64,000 nt of DNA from Octopus bimaculoides (lineage: Eukaryota). The position numbers were made by a program, and so were the translations under genes. Under the pieces are notes generated by a model, which did no database searches, had not been told where the DNA came from, and saw nothing but the letters and a program-made list of their open reading frames with translations. Positions 50,070 through 62,613 of this stretch are shown here, one piece after another; the stretch's first letter is position 1, and each line of letters begins with the position of its first letter. Where the stretch lies: the NCBI RefSeq assembly GCF_001194135.2, contig NC_068982.1, forward strand, positions 50,021,839 to 50,085,838, in the 5' to 3' direction.

Positions 50070-50640
50070 AATAACATCCCTTATGGATATGCTGTGTTTA
50101 AATGCACAATATATATTGGAGGGAGATGAAAATTGTTCCAGCAGCAGATAGTCAGAAAGCTAGATACATTTCTGCCTTGCTGAGCAGAGTCAATAGAGTG
50201 TACTGAAAGCCATTTTAGAGAAAATTTGTCATCACTGATATATAGGAAAATAATGAATAAATATGCACTGGTGTTGCAAATAGCCACCTAGCTGATTAAA
50301 AATCTGTTATATACAACAGAAGCAGTATTAAATTTAAATAGTCATCTGTATATCAAACTTAATTTAATTACATCATAGAAGGCAAATTTAATGTTATATT
50401 CACCCAGAGATAATATCTCTTATGGATGTGTTTGTTGTGTTTAAAAACATAATATATATTAGAGGGAGACAAAAATCATCCCTGTAACAGATAGTGAGAA
50501 TGCTAGCTATATTTCTGCTTTGTTGAACATTGTCAATAGTGCGTTACTCAAAGCCAGTTTCATGCTTAGAGAAAATTTGCTATCACTGATAAATAGGAAA
50601 GCAGTGAATAAATATTCACTGGTATTACAAATGATTGTCT
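50070..50640. repeat. Old ~340-bp-period tandem duplication
   Basis: Matching blocks ATAA(C/T)ATC(C/T)CTTATGGAT, CAGATAGT.AGAA.GCTAG and TTAGAGAAAATTTG..ATCACTGATA.ATAGGAAA at an offset of about 340 bp. Confidence 0.65.
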
Positions 50641-52156
50641 GGCAGAATAAAAGTTCTTTGAAAATTACAATTATACAAACTGAAAATCTGCTGTGAGATG
50701 TGTTACAGAAAATATGCTTTCTTCTGAATGAGGCATTTTAAGTATGAGGGGGGAAAGAAAAATAGATGTCTATTTTTAATTTGGTGTGAGCAAAACCTAT
50801 CTCTACCATTCGTAATGGACAGAGCTGCACAGAAGTTTGAAATGTCATTTAAAGTTACAGATAATTTGAAAACAGGCAAAAGAGCCACAGTTTACAAGGA
50901 ACAAGTCTAAAGCATCTTGATGTTCATTTATGTATGCATCTTGGTTGCACACTTTACTTGTTGTACTCAACCAACTCAACCCTGAAGAAAAGTTCCATCT
51001 TCATTGCACTTGGTCAACCTGAAGCTGTTGTGAAAATTTATAATTTGTTGATTACATGACAAGGAATAAGTAGCTGTAACAACAATATTTTACAAAACAT
51101 ACAAGTTCTATCATACAAGCCTTAAAACTATGCAGTTGCTGTATGAGAATCAAAGATGCACAAGAACCAACAGTTTTTATGCCCAGATACAATCTTTCTA
51201 TATTTAGTACCAAGATCCACACTTTGTATAAGAGTTTACTTCATTCCACCATCAGAAGCTGCAGTTGAAAATCATCTTACATGATGGAACACAAGTATTC
51301 AAAAGTCATGTTCTCAAACACATACTATAATTTTAGTACTTCAAAAAATTTAGTAGTGATTCTCCTCTTGCATTCTTTTAGTCAAATGTTAAAGTTGTAG
51401 TCCTTCATCCCTTCTCATTATCATCATTTTACATCTGCATTTTATGTTGGCATTGGTTAAACATGTTATGGTCTGAGTCAGCTCCTGTTCAGAGTTAGCC
51501 TCTTAGACAAGCAGTAACTCTAAATAAGATCTGATTCCACTGCCACTCTGGCCTGCCAGTAACAACACAATTTGGGGGAATTTTTCCTGAAATATTTTAG
51601 GATCATTAAACAACTTATGTAAGTTAACACAATATCTTTTCTCATAGCCTACATTGCTCAAAGGATTTTGTCAAACATTTATCCCCTAAAAAATTCTACT
51701 TAATTTGAATTACCATTGCAATAAGGAGAGGAAAATGTTAAGACAAAAACTAATATTAATCCATCTAGTCACAGCAAAATATCAGCAACTCTGAAATTTT
51801 AATTAACATTAGATTACTATTCATTTAATGTTAATTTAATCTGATCTTCAACATGCACAGTAACTCTAGATATGTTTTAATCCCTATGTAATTTCATCCT
51901 GTCATTCAGAAAGTAGGACCTTTGTGACAGATCAGCAGATAATAAAGACCAACAGATTTTTCATATATTTAATATGCTTTTGGAAGATGTACCTGGTGGA
52001 GCCCAAACCCTTTTGTTCCCGAAAGTTTCTTGAGGAAATGTCACTAAACAAACATCTGTGTCAATGATTAATCTTTTACATGTTTCAGCCCTAAGGTTAT
52101 GGCCATGATGGAGCACCAAATAAAGGATAGTATTTTAAGAATTGGTTGGAATTTAA

Positions 52157-52742
52157 CCCTTAAGCATTTAAACCAGCCACATCCAGTCAAAATATTCTAC
52201 CTGTTTTATGTTCAAATTAGCTAGATTCTGACATCACACACCTATGCTACAGTGTTCTGAAAATAAACAATCACGTGATCAAAATCTCAGAACACTATGA
52301 TAATACATGATTACTTCAAAACAATGTGAATAAAGGCACGGGCGTAGCGGTGTGGTAACAGGCTTGTTTCCCAACCACATGGTTCCGAGTTCAGTCCGAC
52401 TGCATGGCACCTTGGGCAAATGTCTTCCACTATAGCTTCAGGCCAACCAAAGCCTTGTGAGTAAATTTAGTAGGCAGAAACTGAAAGTAGACCGTCATGC
52501 GTGTGTGTGTGTGCTTGTCCCCCTGCCATTGGTTGACAACCGATGGTGTGTTTATGTCCCTGTAACTTAGCGGTTCAGCAAAAGGGACCATAGAATAATT
52601 ACTAGGCTTACAAAGAATAAGTCCTGGGGGATTGATTTTTTTTTTTTACTAACACCCTTTAAGGGCTGCAGTCAAATGACTAAAACAAGTAAGAGAATAA
52701 AATAGGTATTACATTTGATAGAGAAATCTGAATGCTAAAGGG
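52157..52742 (-). mobile_element. piggyBac-like MITE containing a nested SINE (52335-52694)
   Basis: TTAA-CCCTTAAGCATTT...AATCTGAATGCTAAAGGG ends; the SINE is flanked by a GAATAAA direct repeat. Confidence 0.7.
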
Positions 52743-54491
52743 TAAAAGTTGATGAATGTCAACAATGAGATCTACATGACTCTCCAGCCAGAATGACATC
52801 CACTGTGAAGATTGTTAGGTCACACAGAAAGTGTTATGCAATGAACTGTGTCTTCATATAGATTTGCTTATCTGTTTCAGTTCACCATACCTAGACTATA
52901 TCACTAGATTTCCTTTTAGTGCTAGTAAAGAAAAATGGTATGAAATAGAAAATCTAGAAATCGATTCCAGTCTGGGAAACTGGGCCTTCATCTGTCATCC
53001 CATAAAGAAATAGATTCTATTGGGATGGGAGTGATGTATGCAGTAAAAAATAACATTTTTTTAAAATTGACAATTGCTGGCGTGGCTCTGTGGTAAGAAT
53101 CTTGCTTTTCAACCACATGGTTCCAGGTTCAGTCCCACTGCAATGCACCTTGGGCAAGTGTCTTCTACTATAGCCTCTGGTTAACCAAACCCTTGTGAGT
53201 GAATTTGGTAGACAGAGACTGAAAGAAGCCCATCCTATATATATATATATATATATATATNNNNNNNNNNNNNNNNNNNNNNNNNNNNNNNNNNNNNNNN
53301 NNNNNNNNNNNNNNNNNNNNNNNNNNNNNNNNNNNNNNNNNNNNNNNNNNNNNNNNNNNNNNNNNNNNNNNNNNNNNNNNNNNNNNNNNNNNNNNNNNNN
53401 NNNNNNNNNNNNNNNNNNNNNNNNNNNNNNNNNNNNNNNNNNNNNNNNNNNNNNNNNNNNNNNNNNNNNNNNNNNNNNNNNNNNNNNNNNNNNNNNNNNN
53501 NNNNNNNNNNNNNNNNNNNNNNNNNNNNNNNNNNNNNNNNNNNNNNNNNNNNNNNNNNNNNNNNNNNNNNNNNNNNNNNGTGTGTATGTGTCTTCGTGGC
53601 TGTGTCCCCCACCACTGTTTGACAACCATTGTTGGTGTGTTTACATTCCCATACATCAGCAGTTCAGCAAAAGAGAACTGATAGAATAAGTACCAGGTTT
53701 AACAAAAAGTACTGGGGTCGATGTATTCGATCAAAATTCTCATTAAGTTGGTTTCATGCATTTTTCTCACTTTTTTGCATCCATTTTGTTTTTTATTTGC
53801 ATTTATTCATTGATTAATCCCTGAACAGATGAGAATTTTAAGTTTTAAAAGATCTAGGGGGGATAACTCTACACTAACCCTTTTTTCGTTTTCTGTGGGC
53901 AAGTTGTGCCATTTTAAACATTTTCTCTCGTAAACAAAGAATTAAGGACTGTTTGCTTCATCTACTTAGTTTCTTATATCTATTTTATTATAAACAATAA
54001 CATTTCAAGTTCATTTCTAATAACTAATTTGGAAATATGTTAAAACTATTTTTCCACATTGTCTTATTAGGGCGGTGAGATGGCAGAACTGTTAGCACGC
54101 TCGACAAAATGTTTAGTCACATTTTAATTGTCTTTACATTCTGAGTTCAAATTTTGCCAAAGCCGACTTTGTCTTTTATCCTTTCAGGATCGATAAATTA
54201 AGTGCCAGTTGAGCGCTGGGATCACTGTAATTGATTCCTCTTCTCCCCCTAAATTTCAGGCTTTGTGCCTATAGTAGAAAGGATTATTATTACTAGCGCC
54301 TCCCCCTTTGGGAGTTCTATTAATCTGATTATCTATTTATTTATTATATCTTTCTCCTTTTTCTTCTTCTGTTTAGATGAACTTTCCTACCTTTTCGGAC
54401 AAAACCTTTTGTAACCTTCGTCCTGTCTTTGTCCTTACATGTTTTTAATTGATATTAGCCCTTGTGGCCAATAAAACAAATTAATTATTAT

Positions 54492-54580
54492 TACTAGCAG
54501 AAAAACCGCTCTCCAAGCGGTTTTCTGCTGGCATATGTGTTGCGCATATTGATATTATATATATATATATACATATAGAT
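54492..54580 (+). mobile_element. Minimal Helentron-associated (DINE-1/HINE-like) element
   Basis: TACTAGCAGAAAAACCGC 5' end, inverted copy GCGGTTTTCTGCT, a small stem-loop ATATGTG-TTG-CGCATAT, then (AT)n and TATAGAT end. Confidence 0.5.
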
Positions 54581-55279
54581 ATGATACATAAATCATAGAG
54601 TAAATTGACAATATGCTCACGAATTGAACAAAGACTCCGTTATAGTTTATTTTGTAATCAGTAAAATAATTCATGGTACATTTAAAAAGACGATAATGAA
54701 AATTGGAAAAGAGATGAGACTGTCAATGGAAAATGTTCATGAATCTTCACTTGAGTGAATTTGAAAATAGATGCTCTGGTGGGAGTTAATGAATTACATT
54801 GACCATTATGAAGAGATGAGTTTTGTTATATTGTTGTTTCATTTATATTCCCTTACAGACGTCTTAAGTGTTTCTAGTGTCCCTTACCTAGCAATTAAAA
54901 AGAAACTTAAATACATTTCAAATAAAAGAGAGTAATGAATGTCACACATCATTGTAGAATTTTTTTTTTTGCAGACACAACTGTCAGCAAATGGATCCTT
55001 TTCATTGATCTCCGTTAATATTTATATATTTACTTTTCGTGACACTCTTGATAATGCAACATACATCTGACCATGTGCGTTGAAACGTGTCGGAAGATGA
55101 TATTATTGACTAAATAATTTCTAGGTGGTACCCTAGCACGACCGCAGTCAAACACAATTTGAAAACTTAATTCTGTTAGACAGGAATTATTGTTTTTGCA
55201 CTACGTAATACTTTTAAAAATAATTTACTCACTTGTTTTGTTGGGGGTTTTTTACGAACATGAAATAAAACTATTTGTT

Positions 55280-55590
55280 TACACTTTTCTTCGGATTTTG
55301 CTGAGACTGGACACACTGATCAATTTTGTATAGAGGGTAGCATTAAGAGGAGAGAAATAAACAACCATCACTCTCAACAAGTCGAGGTACACCCAAAAGT
55401 TTACGATTTCAGACAGTCCAGTATGTAGGAGTATGTCGAAAGCATTAACTGGGTAAAATCGCTGCCAAACCAGATATAACATCTTAATGAGTAATAGTTG
55501 GCACGGGAAACAGAAGATTTCAATACAGAGTCAGTGGTCGGCTTAACTTCAACATGGAAAACACGAGCAACGCTGGGTCCAACAGCTAGT
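55280..55590 (-). mobile_element. Helentron-like element 5' end (extent uncertain)
   Basis: Minus strand begins TACTAGCTGTTGGACCCAGCGTTGCTCG right after (AT)n, similar to HINE/Lep1-type 5' termini. No 3' hairpin was identified. Confidence 0.35.
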
Positions 55591-56101
55591 ATACATATAT
55601 ATATATATAATACAAATGATATATGAGCATATGCATGTATACATACATATATGTACATACCTACATCTACATGTATATATAGATGCATATCCGGGTACAG
55701 GATGTCAAAAAGGAACGGGAACATAAACGAAGCACAAAAAAAAACAGACTTTTTTTACGGACAACAGAATGAACACATAGGAAAACAGACGAGCCACTTA
55801 TGGAACTTTTCCTTCATCAGCTGCCTGTATTCTAAGCTAAGCGTTTCGAAGGTATATATATATATATATATACACCTATGCACACACACAACAGGCTTCC
55901 TTCACTTTCCATCTAATAAGTCCACTCACAAGATTTTACTCAACCCATGTCATAGTAGATGACATATGCCCAAGGTGCCACATAATGGGACTGAACCTGA
56001 AACTTCCTGTTTCTGTATATTGATAAAATGAAAAATAGAAACATAGATGATTTGCAAACATATTACTCCTTTACTTTCTATATTCTTGTTTTCTTTTCCA
56101 G

Positions 56102-56250
56102 AATGCTCTTCTTGTATATAATGAGAAAGTTCCACTCAGCATTCAAGAAGGGTACCAGGTATTCCTAGGAAAATCCTTAACTCGTATACAATACCAAGTT
56201 TACGCTCATCTCAGACGGATTGGCTATATTGTTTTTAGATTTGAAAATAA
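56102..56250 (+). CDS. TSEN54: Sen54 coding exon 5 (NALLVYNEKVPLSIQEGYQVFLGKSLTRIQYQVYAHLRRIGYIVFRFEN)
   Basis: Acceptor TTCTTGTTTTCTTTTCCAG, donor TAA|GTGAGT, 149 nt, phase 0 to 2. PLSIQE.Y and YQV..HL.R.GY.V.RF motifs are typical of Sen54. Confidence 0.94.
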
Positions 56251-56804
56251 GTGAGTATTTAAAATGGAAACTTCTCTTTTATTTATTTTACAGACAAGAA
56301 AGTTAGTTTCAAATGCAGTATAGTTGTGAAAACAGCCGAGAAATATTACCCTTAGAAAACAGAAAAAAAAATTGCCATTAGTCGGCTATAGAGAATCAAA
56401 CTCTATACCTCTCTGATACTGGCTGGGTGCTCTGTACCAACTTTTTTTTTGCATCTTCTAAGGGTAAATGCCCAACTTTTCTTAGCTGTTTTTGCAGTTC
56501 TGCTGCACTTCTAATGTTTGGTTACAAAATGTTCACTCTTTGCTTGTATTCTTTTACTTGTTTCAATCATTTGACTGTGGCCATGCTGGAGCACCGCCTT
56601 TAGTCGAGCAAATCGACCCCAGGACTTATTCTATGTAAGCCTAGTACTTATTCTATCGGTCTCTTTTGCCGAACTGCTAAGTTATGGGGACTGCTGGTCT
56701 TTTATAAACAGCCTTGCCTAGACTTGTGCCTCAGAGGGAAACTTTCTTGGTGCAATCCTATGATCATTCATGAATGAAAGGGGGTCTTTACCTACATATA
56801 TATA

Positions 56805-56873
<69 letters not shown>

Positions 56874-57329
56874 TTGTGAGTTTGATTTCCAGACCAGGTT
56901 GTATGCTGTGTTCTTGAGCAAGACACTTTATTTTTCATTGCTCCAAGTCACTCAGCTGCAGAAATGAGTTGCAACATCACTGGTGCCAAGATGTATCAAG
57001 ATGGATAACATTAGTGGCATGGAGAAGGGAGGCTGGTATGCATGAACAACTGCAGGTCTTCCACAAACAACCTTACCCGAACTTGTGCCTTGAAGAGGAT
57101 TTTTTTAAAAATACAATCCCATGGTCATTTATGACCAAGAGGGCTCTTTACCATTTAATCATTTCATACTGTATAGTGGTTGTAATTAGGAAGGACATCC
57201 AGTTGTTGGAACCACGTCGAAGCAGACACTGGAGCACGATGCAGTCCTTGGGCCCATTAGATCTGTCAGTTAAACTGTTCAACCCATGGTAGCTTGGAAT
57301 ATAGACATTAACTAATGATTATGTGTGTG

Positions 57330-57735
57330 TGTGCATTGCCAGTGCCCCTGGACTTGCTCTTGTGCGGGTGGCACATAAAATACACCATTTTGAGCGTGGC
57401 CGTTGCCAGTATCGCCTGACTGGCCTTCGTAGGATTTTCGAGCGAGATCGTTGCCAGTGCCCTTGGACTGGCTCTTGTGCAGGTGGCACATAAAATACGC
57501 CATCTTAAGCGTGGCCGTTGCCAGTACCGCCTGACTGGCCTTCGTGCAGGTGACACGTAAAAGCACCCACTACAGTCTCTGGGTGGTTGGCGTTAGGAAG
57601 GGCATCCAGCCGTAGAAACTCTGCCAAATCAGATTGGAGCCTGGTGTAGCCATCTGGTTTCACCAGTCCTCAGTCAGGTCGTCCAACCCATGCTAGCATG
57701 GAAAGCGGACGTTAAACGACGATGATGATGATGAT
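57330..57735 (+). mobile_element. Non-autonomous RTE-tail element with internal ~70-bp modules and a (GAT)n tail
   Basis: Ends GGAAGGGCATCCAGCCGTAGAAAC...TCCAACCCATGCTAGCATGGAAAGCGGACGTTAAACGACGATGATGATG, matching the 3' UTR of the RTE copy at 39260-39630. Similar copies at about 1630-1975, 8845-9090, 25195-25630, 31775-32150, 32265-32650, 46060-46320, 58780-59150 and 60745-60890. Confidence 0.75.
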
Positions 57736-59224
57736 GCGTGTCTGTGTGTGAATACACAATGAGCTTTGTACAGTATCTGCCTACCAAATTAACTCTCAAG
57801 ACATTGTGTTGTCTTCATTTAGCACTAGACCAACCCTTATTGAATAGAAATATGTCCAAAACACTGCTGTAACACCCACCCCTTGCAACACACACTTTTT
57901 TTTTCTCAAGCCTTAGCCAATCTAGAACCATATTATTCAATGTCTACTCCCATTCTTGAAAATGACTGGTGTGATTTGAGATAGATTTGTGCATTATTTC
58001 TCAAACAAGTCAAATGACTGTTTAGAGGCTCCCTTTATGCATGGCAGTTTCTGAAAGTATATTAAATTGCAATTCAACCTAAATAATAGTAGCTTAACTA
58101 TAATCCTTTCAATTTGGGATTATGTTACTGAAAGACGATAAGGACTTCTTTCTTTTTTTCTAAAATCGTTTCTCTGTACCAAAAAGAGAAGCTACTTTCG
58201 TCTTTCTGAAACACCACACATTCTTCTGATTTAGTTGTGCTCGTTGGATCATGATTTTTGCATAATTGAAAATGTTATGATTTGAGGGAGATTTAGTTGC
58301 TATTTCCAGCATATCAGGCAACTGTTTAAAAGCTTTCTCATTGTTTTATGTGATAGGGCTGTTTTCGCATTACTCATGGAAATAGTATGAAAATTTCTCT
58401 CTCTCTCTCTCTCTCTCTCTCTNNNNNNNNNNNNNNNNNNNNNNNNNNNNNNNNNNNNNNNNNNNNNNNNNNNNNNNNNNNNNNNNNNNNNNNNNNNNNN
58501 NNNNNNNNNNNNNNNNNNNNNNNNNNNNNNNNNNNNNNNNNNNNNNNNNNNNNNNNNNNNNNCTCTGCAAATGATTCTGCCAGCTCACTGCCTTAAAAAA
58601 AAAATATTTATAAATGACAAAAGACCAAGACCTCTGGAGATACGCTGTGACTGCAAAGAACCAGCAAATAAAGTGAGTTCACAGCACTATCCTACACCAG
58701 TTTCGCATAACCAGACCCAGCCCATCAAAAGTAGCTTGGATCATAGGGCAGCCTGTTGTGCTTGAGGAGGCCTATTGGGTCAAGTACATCAGCATCAAAA
58801 TGAATATCAAATGGAAATTGTAGTTGTGATACCTGTCCTGGTGGCACGTAGAAAGCACCATTCGAATGTGGCTGATGCCAGCACCACCTTGACTGGCTTC
58901 TGGGCCGGTGGCATGTAAAAAGTGCCAACTGATCATGGCCGTTGCCAGCCTGCTCTGGCCCCTGTGCCAGTGGCACATAAAAAACACCCACTACACTCAT
59001 GGAGTGGTTGGCATTAGGAAGGGCATCTAGCTGTAGAAACACTGCCAGATCAGACTAGAGCCTGGTGCAGCATCCTGGCTTCCCAGAACCCAGTTGAACT
59101 GTCCAACCCATGCTAGCATGGAAAACGGATGTTAAACGATGATGATCATCATCATCATCATCAAAATTTGTCCACCCATCCAACTGTATCCAGCCAGCAT
59201 GGTGAAGCAGATATAGAAATTATT

Positions 59225-59450
59225 TAACCCTTTAGCATTCAGATTATTCTGGCAAATGTTCTACTTGTTAATTCATATTGCTTTGAATTAATCCAACATT
59301 ATCTCATAGCTTTGCGGTTTTGATGATGTGATTGTATATTTCAAGAAAGTACCTTGTTAGGTAGGTGTCAGAGGCTGGGTTTGACCAGTTTGAGCATAAA
59401 AGCAGTAGAATATTCGGACCTAATATGGTTGGTTTAACTCTCTTGAGACA
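59225..59450 (+). mobile_element. piggyBac-like MITE copy
   Basis: TTAACCCTTTAGCATTCAGATT... start, with a body matching the copies at 43251-43705. Confidence 0.6.
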
Positions 59451-61165
59451 CATGGTATTTCGGTATATGTTGCCAAAAAGACTAGATTGTTTTTCTGTTG
59501 AGTTTGAAATTGATGGGTGCTTGTAGATAAAGTGCCTAAAACTACTTTATTAATATGTAAAACTATATATATTACGAAAACTTATGAACAGTACAATACA
59601 TCAATAAGAAAACTAAAACAACAGAATACATGTAAATAAATAAAATAATAAGCATAAATTTTGTTTTAGTATTTGGTTTGCAAGATTCTTTATGTGAATT
59701 CGCGTGTTGAAGCATAAATGTTTCTGTGAAAAAAACAAAGAAAATGTACTGAAAGACAATCTCTGATTGGCTATTACAGTTCAAAATCAACCATTCACAT
59801 TTGTCTCATCAGGCCCAATAAATTGGCCTCAAAGTCCTTTCAGCTTGTATCCCTTGGACCAACCAATTGGCCCAGTGTGTCTCATTTTAACCCTTAATAC
59901 TTAAGGGTTAAAAAAGATTAAAAAAGTAAAGAGAAATAAATATAATGGAAATAAGCGTAACAGGTATAGAGGGTTATGTTAGCGATACATACTTGGTAAC
60001 ATTAGAAGAAGAACAAAGTTATTTCTTGTATTGTTTTGTTCTTTTTTTTTTTTTTTTTTTACTACCCAATACATAGCTGCCCACATATCATGCCATTACA
60101 TTGTAGAATGCTGCTAACAAGAATGCCCAATACTACATCTTTGCTCAAGTTACTGCTTGGCCTTCTACAAGAACAATGCTGGCTTCTCCTGACATTTGTA
60201 CAAAGACTTAAGGATACAGTTAATTTACTGCACTCCCTTACCAGCTTATCTCTTCACATTTAACTGTTGTTATCATCATAAATCTCTTTAGTAAAAATAA
60301 GTCCCCACCCTCTCACAGCTGTCAGTTTTCTTTTGTTATTACCCTTTATTTATTTTATGTGTGTGTGTGTGTTTCTTTTTCTGTTCTAACTGATTAGAAC
60401 CAGTGGTTTTGTTGATGTCTATTGCATTTGTATTCTTTATTTCTCTTGCTGTTTTTGTTTTGTTTTTTACTATCCCCTTATTGAATGTGTTTTGCATCTA
60501 ACTTGTGTTTATATCTTTCCTGGCCGGGCCTCCTTTTGTTTATAATCATTTATTATAATTTTTTTTTCTTTTTTTTTTAACACTGTGACAGCCTATTTCT
60601 TTCTGTAATCACTGTACTTTACCTGACAAGATGGATTCCTTTATAATGTTCCGCATAATGGAATAAGTTAGTGTACTGTGAGAAGAAGATCCTGAAGTTT
60701 CAACTGCAGGCTCCTAATATTTCAGAAGCTGGTCTTTTCTTTCATCATCATCATCATCATCATCGTTTAACGTCCGCTTTCCATGCTAGCATGGGTTGGA
60801 CGATTTGACTGAGGACTGGTGAAACCGGATGGTAACACCAGACTCCAGTCTGATTTGGCAGAGTTTCTACAGCTGGATGCCCTTCCTAAAAAAACAAAAG
60901 CATTTTCATAGGTGTAGGCATGGCTGTGTGGGTAAAAAGCTTGCTTCCAACCACATGGTTCCGGGTTCATTCCCACTGCATGACACTTGGGCAAATGCCT
61001 TTGACTTTAGCCCAAGTTTGATCAAAGCCTTGTGAGTGGACTTAGTAGACAGGAACTGAAAGAAGCCTGTCGTGTGTGCATATATATATATTTATATATA
61101 TTCTTTTATTTTTCGTTTTTGGATTTGGTTTGCAAGATTTTTTATGTGATTCCGTGTGTTGAAGC

Positions 61166-61297
61166 ATATTCTGTTGTGTCTGGGGAGAGTCATTTTCTTA
61201 TCGTGCCTTAAAATTTAACACACACACCGTTAACGGTGAGTGTGTTAAATTTTAAGGCAAGATAAGAAAATGACTCTCCCCAGACACAACACAATAT
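61166..61297. repeat. 132-bp spacerless near-perfect palindrome
   Basis: 66-bp arms centred on GTT|AAC (61231/61232), with 3 mismatched pairs (61171/61292, 61203/61260, 61224/61239). Confidence 0.9.
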
Positions 61298-61674
61298 TCT
61301 TTTACATGTTTTAGTCATTTGACTGGGGCCATGCTGGAGCACCGCCTTAAAAGGTTTTTAGATGAAGAAATCAACCCCAGGATTTATTCTTTATAAGCCT
61401 AGTACTTATCCCATTGTATCTTTTGCTAAACTGCTAGGTTACGGAGACATAAACACACCAACTTCAGTTGTCAAGTGATGGTGGGGGAGAGACATACACA
61501 CACAAGCATAAATATATATACATATATGTCAGTGAGTGGACAAATGAAAGAAGGGCACTCAACACATTTATTGGGAGTTACATATATGGATCAAAACAGT
61601 TTGATACAACTTCCATGGTACTTTAAGTTTCAAAGCATGATGCTAATCCTCAGCCTTTGGAAATATGTAATATG

Positions 61675-61709
<35 letters not shown>

Positions 61710-61915
61710 GATGGGCTTCTTTCAGTTTCTGTCTACTAAATCCACTCACTGGGCTTTTGTCAGCCCGAGGCTATAGTAGAAGACACTTGCCCTAGATGCC
61801 ATACTGTGAGACTGAGCCTGGAACCATGTGATTGAGAAGCAAGCTTCTTACCACACAGCCANNNNNNNNNNGGAACCATGTGATTGAGAAGCAAGCTTCT
61901 TACCACACAGCCATG

Positions 61916-61957
<42 letters not shown>

Positions 61958-62082
61958 TATTTATTAATGCAAAAAATGTCTACAATAAGATTTTTTTCAG
62001 TTTTACTGAACATTGTATTAATCTACATTTAGCATTCAAGTACTATTTTTTCCACCTTGTTTTTTATTTTATGTGCTTGCTT

Positions 62083-62116
<34 letters not shown>

Positions 62117-62613
62117 ATATGTATGTATCTGTGTATTTGTGTTTGTCTCCTACCATCACTTGGCCATCACTCTGCTGCTTTGTCTACATTGCTGTATGTT
62201 AATATTATTTAGCAATAAGAAACCAAGAGAATAAGTAGGGCGTAAAAATAAGTACTGGGATAGATTTAGTCAACTATACTTGTCAAGACAATGTCCCCAC
62301 TATTTACGAAACTTTATAAGGAAATAGATGCATGTACTTCTTATGCTTTGTTGTGTTATTTTATGAATGTTTTCAGTGAGAGATATATCTAATAAAGATA
62401 AATTGACATATCTACTTAAGCACCTTTGATCTAAACATTCATAATCAGTGCTTTTGGCTATTTTAGTATTAACTTAGGTTGCAAATAAGCTTTATCAATC
62501 CAAGCACCAAATTAACATATTACGAGATCTATTTTTGTCATGAAGCTGTGAAAAATAATTCCTTGAATTCATTCTATCTGGATTTACTAATGTATTTACT
62601 TGTTTGTTTCTAG

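Noticed and set aside
50148-50245. Minus-strand GTGATGA...CTGA pair resembling a C/D-box snoRNA
   Set aside because: It is antisense to the host intron, lacks a terminal stem, both boxes are altered in the duplicate copy, and I recognise no rRNA guide.
55800-55850. CGAAACGC and CTGATGAAGG close together on the minus strand
   Set aside because: Stem II and stem III/NUH pairing do not form a valid hammerhead; probably a repeat terminus.
56377-56445. Partial tRNA-like T arm (TATAGAG-TTTGATT-CTCTATA) and A-box-like TGGTACAGAGC on the minus strand
   Set aside because: The 5' acceptor half is missing; at most a decayed SINE head.
61820-61915. Repeat GGAACCATGTGATTGAGAAGCAAGCTTCTTACCACACAGCCA around a 10-N gap
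   Set aside because: Same scaffold-overlap artefact.
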